Assembly (NCBI GenBank): GCA_039930765.1
Contig: JBDTTF010000181.1
Location: 29,307 to 93,306, forward strand
DNA length: 64,000 nt
DNA from: Gemmatimonadota bacterium
GTDB lineage: Bacteria; Gemmatimonadota; Gemmatimonadetes; Gemmatimonadales; GWC2-71-9
Direction: 5' to 3'
Part shown: positions 51,997 to 59,992 of the stretch, in pieces
Layout of the letters: every line of letters begins with the position of its first letter
How positions within the stretch are numbered: the first letter of the stretch is position 1
The notes under the pieces: generated by a model
Told to the model about the DNA's origin: nothing
Database searches by the model: none
The model's input: only the letters and a program-made list of their open reading frames with translations
Translations under genes and position numbers: made by a program

Positions 51997-54693
51997 CTAG
52001 ACGGCCTGCGGAGTGAAGATCCGCTGCAGATCCTTGGCCGAGCGCGCATTGCTGCGCGCCGCTTGTGCGTGCGGACCGGCAGGATCGGACTGGACCGTCC
52101 GCTCCCACGCGAGGATGGCTTCGGGGTATCGGCGCAGCCGCGCCTGGGCCGTGCCCAGGCTGTACAGCGCCGCCGCATGATCGGGCTGGAATCGCAGGAT
52201 CCGCTCGAACGCCTCGACGGCCCGCTCGGGACGCGCGTCATCGATCAGGCATTTGCCCAGCAGCAGCAGCGCGTCGAGGTCGAACGGTTCGGCGGCCAGG
52301 ATCTGGACCAGGATATCAATACCCGCCGCCGGTGAATCGACCCGGCGCACCAGGTCGGCCAGCGCCAGGGCGGCTTCCATATAGGTGGGCAGCAGGTCGA
52401 TGGCGCGCTGATACGCGACCTTGGCGGCAACCCAGTTTTCCCGCGCCTCCTCGAGACGGCCCAGTTCGACCCATACCGAGGCCACGCCTGGGTCCAGTTG
52501 CAGGGCGGCCTGGTACGCCTCCACCGCAGCGCTCGAATCGCCGAGCCGCAGGGTGGCCCGGGCCTGCAACTGCAGCAGGTCGGCCCGGCCCGGGGCCAGG
52601 ATCTGGGCCTGCCGCAGCGGTTCCAGTGCCCCGCCGGGGTTGGCGCTGGCCAGCCGGGCGCGAGCGGCCGCGACCAGCACCTCGACATCACCGGGATAGT
52701 CCCGAAGCAGTTCGTCCGCCAGCGGGGCCGCCTCTTCGCCGTGATCGAGCGAGAGCAGCGACCTGACTTCGCCAAGCCGGGCGTCCAGGGCCCGCGGGTC
52801 GAGCATCCGGGCCTGCCGGTACCGCTCCAGCGCCTCACCGTGGAGGCCCCGCCGCGCGAACACCAATCCCGTCAGCGCCAGTCCCCGCGCCCGCGGCGCC
52901 CCCCGCTGCAGCGCCCGGTCCAGCTCGGCCGAAGCCTGGTCGAGCAACCCCTTGGCCACGCAGTCAGCGGCGAGGGTCAATCCGTCCTCGACGCCGGGTT
53001 CGCCGACCGCGGTCGGGGCCACCGGCGCCAGCTCCTCGAAAATCCGGTCGAGCAGCCGGGTATCGAGCGTAAAATCCTCGCCGACCTCGGAGCCTTCGAC
53101 ATCGGCCGAGATCTGCGGGGCGATCGCGATCTGGGAATTCTCGAACTGGAGATCGATGGTCAGGGCGTACTTCTGCGGGATGTAGTACGGCTCGATCTCG
53201 AGGGCCCGCTTGGTCTCCCGCAGCGCGCCGTCGAAATCGCCCAGGTGGCTGAGCGTAAAGCTGAGGTTGTAGTGGGCGGCGGCGTGGCCGCTGTCGGCGT
53301 CGACCGCCCGGGAAAAAGCATTGCGGGCATCATCGTACCGCTTGAGCTCGACCAGCACCATGCCGATGCCGTTCCAGGCCACGCTTTCCGACGGCCGGTC
53401 GCTCAACGCCTGACGGTACGCCTCGATGGCATCCTGGAATTTCCGGCGCTGGAACAGCAGCAGCCCGTAGTTGAGCCGCGGACCCGACAGCCCGGAGCTG
53501 ATCCGCAGCGCCTGGCGGAACGCCTCGAGGGAGGCGGCCGGATCGGGATCCTGCGCCAGCAAGACGCCGAGGTTATTCCAGGCCAGTGCATATGAGCTGT
53601 CGAGCGCCAGCGCCTGGCGGTACGAGTCCTCGGCGGCCTGACGGCGTCCGGACTGATGCAGGCAGACTCCCCGCTCGTTCCAGATCTTGGGCGAGTCAGC
53701 CGCTTCCTTCGACAACTGCTCGTACAGTCCGAGTGCGGCGGGCAGGTCCCGCCGGAGCAGATGGACTTCAGCCATGGCCTGCAGCACCAGCCGCCGGTCC
53801 TCACTGGCCTCGAGCGCCAGCTTGTATTCCCGCAGGGCCTCGACGTAGTAACCCTTTTGCCGGAAGGCGAGGCCGAGGTTGTAATGCGCCAGCGCCCCGC
53901 CAACGCTGATCGCCGGACGGGGACTCTCGATGGCCTTCTGGACCTCCCGCGAAATCCGCCCGCTGTCCCGGCGGCGGCCGAGCGAGAGATTACTCTGGGC
54001 CCGGGCCAGCGTCGGGTTCAGTGCGATGGCGCGCTTGGTCGCGGCCCGGGCCGCCTCGTGATCGCCCTGGTCGCCATACACAAAGGCCAGCAGGTAGTGC
54101 GCGTCGGCGTGATCCGGGTTTCTGGCAATGACCTTTTCCAGCACCCGCTGCGACTGCTCCGAGATGCCGCGGTTGTACAGCACCTCGCCGTAATGGAACA
54201 ACGTGACCGGTCCATCCGGATCGAGGCTGGTGGCCCGCCGCAGGTAATCCTCGGCCGCTTCGAGCCGGCCCCGGGCCTTTTCCGCCATGCCCAGCTGCAC
54301 CAGGCAGGCGACATCATCGGGATCCTTCTGCAGCAGCAGCTCGTACTCCGCCACCGCCTCGGCATGGTGCCCGAGCGAGGCGTAGGTCCGGGCCAGTTCC
54401 CAGCGGGCCTCGTGATCGTCCTCGCCGCGGCGCAGCCGGTCCTTGAGTTCGCCGACCCGCCGGTCGTAGTAACCATGGGCGTGGTAGGCGATCTCGAGAT
54501 TGGTCTGGGCCACCTGCATCTTGGGATCGAGCTCGAGCGAACGCAGAAACTGGGTGATGGCTTCCGCCACCAGCCCTTTCTGGTAGTACAGCACCCCGAG
54601 ATTGTTGTGGGCACCTGCGTCGGAGGGATCGATCCGGCGGGCAAAGGAGCGAAGAACCGCGAGGTCCCGCTCGGAGAGGGCGGGAACGCTCAC
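51997..54693 (-). CDS. Large TPR repeat protein (898 aa)
   Basis: TPR units are near-continuous from N- to C-terminus (repeated A...Y..AL.LDP motifs). There is no signal peptide and no enzymatic motif. Confidence 0.8.
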   Translation of the reverse strand: MSVPALSERDLAVLRSFARRIDPSDAGAHNNLGVLYYQKGLVAEAITQFLRSLELDPKMQVAQTNLEIAYHAHGYYDRRVGELKDRLRRGEDDHEARWELARTYASLGHHAEAVAEYELLLQKDPDDVACLVQLGMAEKARGRLEAAEDYLRRATSLDPDGPVTLFHYGEVLYNRGISEQSQRVLEKVIARNPDHADAHYLLAFVYGDQGDHEAARAATKRAIALNPTLARAQSNLSLGRRRDSGRISREVQKAIESPRPAISVGGALAHYNLGLAFRQKGYYVEALREYKLALEASEDRRLVLQAMAEVHLLRRDLPAALGLYEQLSKEAADSPKIWNERGVCLHQSGRRQAAEDSYRQALALDSSYALAWNNLGVLLAQDPDPAASLEAFRQALRISSGLSGPRLNYGLLLFQRRKFQDAIEAYRQALSDRPSESVAWNGIGMVLVELKRYDDARNAFSRAVDADSGHAAAHYNLSFTLSHLGDFDGALRETKRALEIEPYYIPQKYALTIDLQFENSQIAIAPQISADVEGSEVGEDFTLDTRLLDRIFEELAPVAPTAVGEPGVEDGLTLAADCVAKGLLDQASAELDRALQRGAPRARGLALTGLVFARRGLHGEALERYRQARMLDPRALDARLGEVRSLLSLDHGEEAAPLADELLRDYPGDVEVLVAAARARLASANPGGALEPLRQAQILAPGRADLLQLQARATLRLGDSSAAVEAYQAALQLDPGVASVWVELGRLEEARENWVAAKVAYQRAIDLLPTYMEAALALADLVRRVDSPAAGIDILVQILAAEPFDLDALLLLGKCLIDDARPERAVEAFERILRFQPDHAAALYSLGTAQARLRRYPEAILAWERTVQSDPAGPHAQAARSNARSAKDLQRIFTPQAV

Positions 54694-54696
54694 GGC

Positions 54697-55317
54697 TCAG
54701 GTCAGGCGGATGGCGTCGAAAATCACCCGGAGCGACGCCACGTCCGGCAGCAGCAGGAAGTGACCGGTCAGGTTGAGGGTGCGGTCCTCGAGCAGGAACT
54801 CGGTCTCGACGCAGAACACGAAATCGCGGGCATAGCCGAAGTTCATGTAGGTCGAGGTCAGCACGGCCCCGCACAGGTCGATGGCCAGGCTGGGCACCGA
54901 GGGAACCAGCATCATCCCCATGAAATCACTGAGGGCGTTGAGATAGGCGCTCGACAGGATGTTGCCGACCTCCTTGAGGCCGGACTGCTCCATGGCGCCG
55001 AACACCTCGGTAGTGCCGATCGGACGCTTGAGCAGGATGTCGCAGAGCTGCCGGGCGCTGGGCTCGGGGAAGATCAGCAGGGTGCGGCCGGTCAGATCGC
55101 CCATCATGTGCATCAGCACCGCGGCGACGACATCATCCGCCTTGCCCAGCACTTCGGGCACTTCCTCGAGGCGGGTGATATTCACCTCGGGAACGCTGAT
55201 CATGATGGTGCGATTGGTCAGCTGCGACAGCGCAGTGGCCGCGTGGCCCGCCCCGATGTTGGCCACCTCGCGGAGGGCATCCTGCTGCAGTGCGTGCAAG
55301 TCCCGTACGTCGTCCAT
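54697..55317 (-). CDS. cheC: CheC-like CheY-P phosphatase
   Basis: 206 aa with DALREVANIGAGHAATALSQL and a second half-site, GLKEVGNILSSAYLNALS. Confidence 0.8.
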   Translation of the reverse strand: MDDVRDLHALQQDALREVANIGAGHAATALSQLTNRTIMISVPEVNITRLEEVPEVLGKADDVVAAVLMHMMGDLTGRTLLIFPEPSARQLCDILLKRPIGTTEVFGAMEQSGLKEVGNILSSAYLNALSDFMGMMLVPSVPSLAIDLCGAVLTSTYMNFGYARDFVFCVETEFLLEDRTLNLTGHFLLLPDVASLRVIFDAIRLT

Positions 55318-55325
55318 GGCAGCTC

Positions 55326-57206
55326 CTAGACCAGCGCGGCCGGATCGAGGATGAGCACCGGCACTCCGTCACCCAGAATCGTTGCACCGCTGAAGACCGG
55401 CAGCATTCCCCGCGGCCCATCGAACGGCTCCACCACGATCTCCTGCTGGCCGACCAGGGCATCGACCACCAGCGCCAGCCGGCGACCTCCGACATCGATC
55501 ACGATGGCGGGCCGGCGGCCCTCGGTGCGCCGCGGTCCCACGCCCAGCCGTTCACGCAGGTGCATGGTCGGAATCACCTGGTCCCGCAGCACCAGCGCCT
55601 CGCGGCCCTGGACCTCGGCCGAACGAGCGCCACTGAACTCCAGGGTCTCGGCCACGCTGGTCAGCGGCACCGCGTAGCGTTCGTCGCCGACCCGGGCCAG
55701 CAGTGCCCGCAGGATCGCGAGGCTGGTGGGCAGGTGCAGGGTGAAGGTGCTGCCCTCTCCCTCGACCGAGTGCAGGTGGACCGAGCCGCCGAGCGACCGG
55801 ACCCGCGACACCACCGCGTCCATTCCCATGCCACGACCCGACACATCCGTGACCTGTGCCGCGGTCGAGAAACCAGGCCGGATGACGACTCGCAGCAGCT
55901 GGTCGTCGGTCAACGACGTGGAACCCGGTTCCACCAGGCTTTCCCGCAGCGCCTTATCCAGGACCCGCTGCCGGTTGATCCCGGCGCCGTCATCGATCAC
56001 CCGGATCGCGACGCCGGCCCGCTCGCGGGTGGCGCTCAGTTTGACCCGGGCTTCGGCCGGCTTGTTCCGCCGCTTCCGCTCCGCCGGCGATTCGATCCCG
56101 TGATCGACCGCGTTGCGGAGCAGGTGGATCAGCGGCTCGCCGAGTTCGTCGAGCAGGGCGCGATCGAGTTCGATCTCTTCGCCTTCGACCTCGAACGCCA
56201 CCCGCTTGCCGAGCTGACGGGACAGGTCACGCACCACCCGCGGGAACCGGTCGAACACCTGCCACACCGGTGTCATCCGGGCCTGGATGACCTCGGACTG
56301 CATCTCGGCGACCACCCGGGCCACCCGGGCACTCACCGCTTCGAGCTCGGGATTGCCTTCGCGGGAAACCAGTTCCGCCAGCCGGCCCTTGGCCACCACC
56401 AGCTCACCGACCTGGTTCATCAGGGCGTCGAGCCGGCGGAGGTCGACCCGGATCTGTCGATTGCGGCCGGTGCCCTCTGCCCCCGCCCTGTCATCGGCCG
56501 CCGGGGCAATCGGGGGGGCCAGATCACCGATGTCGACGCTGCCGACATCCCCGGCGCCCAGCAGGATGGTGCGGATTTCGTCGTCCGTCCGGGACGATTC
56601 CAGCCGGAAGGCAAACCGGCCATCGAACTCGTCCTGGTCGAAGCTGGCCGAGGCGGGCCTGACCGATGCCACGGTGCCCAGCCCTTCGGCCTTGCGCAGC
56701 GCGATTAATGCCCGGGCCCCACGCATGGCGGCACCTGGCCGGATCGCGATCCGGACCACCCGCCCGGTGGTACCGACCACCGGCTCGGGAATCCGGGCCG
56801 GGATGGCCCAGCTGCCGGTGGGCTGCGCCGCAACCGAGGCGTTGTCGAGCCCGGCGAACAGCCCGGTAAAATCCAGGGCGCTGTCGTTGCCGGCCACTGC
56901 ATCGTTAACGCCAGCTTCCAGCGCGTCCACGATGGCGAACATCAGGTCATGCAGCTCGGGCGAGGCGGAGCCCGGATCGCTGCGAAGCACATCGAGCAGG
57001 CTCTCGGCCCGGTGCGCCAGCTCGGTGAGGTTCGAGTACCCCATCGCGGCGGCCATGCCCTTGAAGGTGTGCATGGCCCGGAAAATTCCGACCACCGGTT
57101 CGGTGGCCCGGGGATCCCGCTCCCAGTCGAGCAACAGCTGGCTGCAGGCGCCGAGGTGTTCGCGGCTCTCGGTAACGAAGAGGGTGGCGTACCTCGACAG
57201 GTCCAT
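55326..57206 (-). CDS. cheA: Chemotaxis histidine kinase CheA
   Basis: Trimmed to ATG 57206 (MDLSRYATLF...). It has an Hpt domain with AMHTFKGMAA, a dimerisation region, HATPase boxes HLLRNAVDHGIE, DDGAGI and GRGMGMD, and a C-terminal CheW-like P5 domain. Confidence 0.9.
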   Translation of the reverse strand: MDLSRYATLFVTESREHLGACSQLLLDWERDPRATEPVVGIFRAMHTFKGMAAAMGYSNLTELAHRAESLLDVLRSDPGSASPELHDLMFAIVDALEAGVNDAVAGNDSALDFTGLFAGLDNASVAAQPTGSWAIPARIPEPVVGTTGRVVRIAIRPGAAMRGARALIALRKAEGLGTVASVRPASASFDQDEFDGRFAFRLESSRTDDEIRTILLGAGDVGSVDIGDLAPPIAPAADDRAGAEGTGRNRQIRVDLRRLDALMNQVGELVVAKGRLAELVSREGNPELEAVSARVARVVAEMQSEVIQARMTPVWQVFDRFPRVVRDLSRQLGKRVAFEVEGEEIELDRALLDELGEPLIHLLRNAVDHGIESPAERKRRNKPAEARVKLSATRERAGVAIRVIDDGAGINRQRVLDKALRESLVEPGSTSLTDDQLLRVVIRPGFSTAAQVTDVSGRGMGMDAVVSRVRSLGGSVHLHSVEGEGSTFTLHLPTSLAILRALLARVGDERYAVPLTSVAETLEFSGARSAEVQGREALVLRDQVIPTMHLRERLGVGPRRTEGRRPAIVIDVGGRRLALVVDALVGQQEIVVEPFDGPRGMLPVFSGATILGDGVPVLILDPAALV

Positions 57207-57210
57207 CGCG

Positions 57211-57573
57211 TCAGCCGAGGATGCGCTGCACCGCCTCGAGCACCCGTGACGGCTGGAATGGCTTGACCACGAAATCCTTGGCCCCCGCCTGCACCGCCTC
57301 CACGACCAGCGCCTGCTGTCCCATGGCACTGCACATCAGGATCTTGGCGTCGGGGTCGTTCTTGCAGATTTCGCGCACGGCATCGATGCCGCCCATGTCG
57401 GGCATCACGATGTCCATGGTGACCAGGTCGGGCTTGAGTTCACGATAGCGATCCACCGCCTCGCGACCGGTCTCGGCCTCGCCGACGACCTCGAATCCGG
57501 CCTGGGTCAGGATGTCGCTGATCATGGTGCGCATGAAGATGGCGTCGTCGCAGACTAGCACAGTGTGGCTCAC
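57211..57573 (-). CDS. cheY: Single-domain response regulator CheY
   Basis: 120 aa with a GTG start preceded by GGAGGG. It has the receiver residues VCDDA, TMDIVMP and FVVKPF. Confidence 0.9.
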   Translation of the reverse strand: MSHTVLVCDDAIFMRTMISDILTQAGFEVVGEAETGREAVDRYRELKPDLVTMDIVMPDMGGIDAVREICKNDPDAKILMCSAMGQQALVVEAVQAGAKDFVVKPFQPSRVLEAVQRILG

Positions 57574-57614
57574 GCGCCCTCCGGGCGATATGGGTCCAGC
57601 AGTAGCGGGGCGGC

Positions 57615-58052
57615 TCAGCCGCCGACGAGCGGAGCCACCAGGGCCCCGGGATCCAGCAGAATAAAAACTCGATCGTTGTAGCGCCCGACCGCGCGGACCA
57701 GTGCGGGATCAATACCGGGCATCCGCTCCGCAGCGGCCAGGCTGGCGACCTCGACGTCAATCAGGTCCAGCACTTCATCGACCTCCAGCCCGACCATCCG
57801 CCCTTCGAGTGCCAGCACCAGGACGGATGTGGCCCCGACCGCGACCGGTGCCCGCTGCAGCACGGCCGCTCCCCGGGCCACCGTCAACAATGAGCCCCGA
57901 ACGTTGATCAGGCCGTCGATCGCAGCCGGGGCTCCCGGAATTCGGGTGGCCGGCTGGGCCGGGATGATTTCGCGGATGGTCTCGACGGCCAAGGCGCAGC
58001 ACAGGTCAGCGACCTGGAAGACCACGAGCCGGACCCTCGGAGAATCAGCCAT
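57615..58052 (-). CDS. cheW: CheW-like coupling protein
   Basis: Trimmed to ATG 58052 (MADSPRVRLVVFQVADLCCALAVETIREII...IDGLINVRGSLLTV). The start overlaps the rluD 3' end by 8 nt. Confidence 0.8.
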   Translation of the reverse strand: MADSPRVRLVVFQVADLCCALAVETIREIIPAQPATRIPGAPAAIDGLINVRGSLLTVARGAAVLQRAPVAVGATSVLVLALEGRMVGLEVDEVLDLIDVEVASLAAAERMPGIDPALVRAVGRYNDRVFILLDPGALVAPLVGG

Positions 58053-59055
58053 GTCCTTTAAAGAAACCAAGATACCGAAGCCAATCAGTGGCGGCAACGG
58101 GAGCGAACTCTCCCGCCGCGCTCGCCAGGAGTGGCCGGAGATCGGCCGGCCAGTCAGACTCGAATTCGACCGGGATTCCAGTGATCGGATGGCGGAAGGC
58201 CAGGTAGGCCGCATGCAGGGCCTGGCGCACCGCCAGCCGCTCCAGCGCCTCGGCCCGAAGCCGCGCTGCCCCCGAAATCCGCTTGCTGCCGCCCAGGCCA
58301 TAGACCTCGTCCCCGAGTAGCGGATGGCCAACATGTCCGAGGTGCACCCGGACCTGGTGGGTACGGCCGGTGTGCAGTTCCAGCCGGACCAGCTCTGCTA
58401 CGTCGAATCGGCCGACGACATAGGCATCGGTCCGCGCCGGCCGTCCCTCGGGCAGCACCGCCATCCGTTTGCGATCGTTGGTGGACCGGGCCAGCGGCGC
58501 GTCGATGGTCAGGGGGCTTTCGCTCAGGTGGCCCCACGAGAGCGCGGCGTAGTGCCGTTTCACCCGTCGAGCCGCCAGCGCAGCGCCAAGCCGGCGGTGG
58601 GCCAGGTCGGTCTTGGCGACGACCATCAGGCCGGAAGTATCCCGATCGAGCCGGTGTACGATCCCGGGCCGTCCGGCCGCTCCACCAGCCAGCGTCGTTC
58701 CCCGCGCAATCAGGGCATTGACCAGGGTGTCCTGCCAGTGACCCGGGGCTGGATGCACGACCAGGCCGGCCGGCTTGTCGATGACGGCCAGGTACTCGTC
58801 CTCGAAAACCACGGTGAGCGGAATGTCGGCTGGCTGCAGCGTGCGGGCGGGCTCGTCCTCGGGAAACTGTACTTCAATGAGATCGCGGCGGAGCAGCAGG
58901 CGGGAGGCCCTGGCCACGGTGCCGTTGACCCGGACGCTGGCCTGCCCCACCAGGCGCGCGGCCTGGGTTCGCGAAAGCTGAAGCTGGTCAGCGAGGAATC
59001 GGTCGATCCGCTCGGTCTGGTCAGCCGAGACGGCGAGCCGCAGCGGCTCGGCCAC
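58045..59055 (-). CDS. rluD: 23S rRNA pseudouridine synthase, RluD family
   Basis: 336 aa with an N-terminal S4-like domain (RIDRFLADQL) and the catalytic motif HRLDRDTSGLMVVAK. Confidence 0.85.
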   Translation of the reverse strand: MAEPLRLAVSADQTERIDRFLADQLQLSRTQAARLVGQASVRVNGTVARASRLLLRRDLIEVQFPEDEPARTLQPADIPLTVVFEDEYLAVIDKPAGLVVHPAPGHWQDTLVNALIARGTTLAGGAAGRPGIVHRLDRDTSGLMVVAKTDLAHRRLGAALAARRVKRHYAALSWGHLSESPLTIDAPLARSTNDRKRMAVLPEGRPARTDAYVVGRFDVAELVRLELHTGRTHQVRVHLGHVGHPLLGDEVYGLGGSKRISGAARLRAEALERLAVRQALHAAYLAFRHPITGIPVEFESDWPADLRPLLASAAGEFAPVAATDWLRYLGFFKGHG

Positions 59056-59060
59056 GGGGG

Positions 59061-59609
59061 TCAGACCGGGGTGATGGACTGGGATCCGGCGCCCTCGGCT
59101 GTGCGGAGCGCAGCCTCGGCTTCGGAGGCGCGGCGGGCGTCTTCACGCCAGAACGAGATGGCCAGAAGCACCGCGCCACAGCTCACCGCGATGTCCGCCA
59201 CGTTGAAGGTCGGCCACCGCATCTGGCCGATGCCGACATCCAGAAAATCCACCACCCCCTGCGGATTGCGGATCCGGTCGATCAGGTTGCCGAACGCTCC
59301 GCCGGCCACGGCACCGGTCGAGAGCTGCCGGAACAGGTCGCCCACCGGCGCGCGCTCGGACAGCCGCTGCAGCAGCACCACCGCCACCAGGGCGATGACC
59401 AGCAGGATCCAGCGGGAGTAGGGCCCCACGTGGAGGCCGAACGCCGCTCCCGGATTATAGACCAGGCGGAGCTGCAGCCAGTCGCCCATGACCTCGATGC
59501 CCGAGGACCGGAGCAGCCGGGCCTGGGCCGCGACCTTGGTCAGGATATCCAGCGCCACGACCGTGGCGGCCGTGGCCCAGAAAATCCGCCGGTCAGCGGC
59601 GCTTGCCAT
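59061..59609 (-). CDS. lspA: Lipoprotein signal peptidase II
   Basis: Trimmed to ATG 59609 (MASAADRRIFW...). It has conserved YNPGAAFG, GNLIDR and FNVADIAV motifs. Confidence 0.85.
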   Translation of the reverse strand: MASAADRRIFWATAATVVALDILTKVAAQARLLRSSGIEVMGDWLQLRLVYNPGAAFGLHVGPYSRWILLVIALVAVVLLQRLSERAPVGDLFRQLSTGAVAGGAFGNLIDRIRNPQGVVDFLDVGIGQMRWPTFNVADIAVSCGAVLLAISFWREDARRASEAEAALRTAEGAGSQSITPV

Positions 59610-59976
59610 CCTCTTCCTTTTCCTTGCACTTGATGCAGAGCCGGGCATGCGGCAGCGCATCGAGCCGTTCGAAGGTGATCTCCTCGCCGCAGGTGTGGCA
59701 GTGGCCGAACTTGTCCGGGCTGGTGTACAGCCGCCGCAGCGCCTCGTTCACGTGCCAGAGGTACCGCCCTTCCTGCGAGGCGAACAGGAACTGCTTTTCC
59801 CGTTCCATGGCGTCGGTGCCCTGATCGGCCATATGGAACGAGTATGAGCTCAGGTCGCCGTCGGCGCCCTGGAGGGTGTTGTTGAAGGACTCATCGTAGT
59901 AGCCGAGTTCCTTCATGACGCGAGCCCGCTCCTCGAGCAGCCGCTTTTCCAGATGGGTCAGGTTCTTCTTGATCAT
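59593..59976 (-). CDS. DksA/TraR family C4-type zinc-finger protein
   Basis: Trimmed to ATG 59976 (MIKKNLTHLEKRLLEE...). It has a coiled coil followed by CHTCGEEI...CIKCK. Confidence 0.8.
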   Translation of the reverse strand: MIKKNLTHLEKRLLEERARVMKELGYYDESFNNTLQGADGDLSSYSFHMADQGTDAMEREKQFLFASQEGRYLWHVNEALRRLYTSPDKFGHCHTCGEEITFERLDALPHARLCIKCKEKEEDGKRR

Positions 59977-59992
59977 CCAGTCCTGTTCCGGT

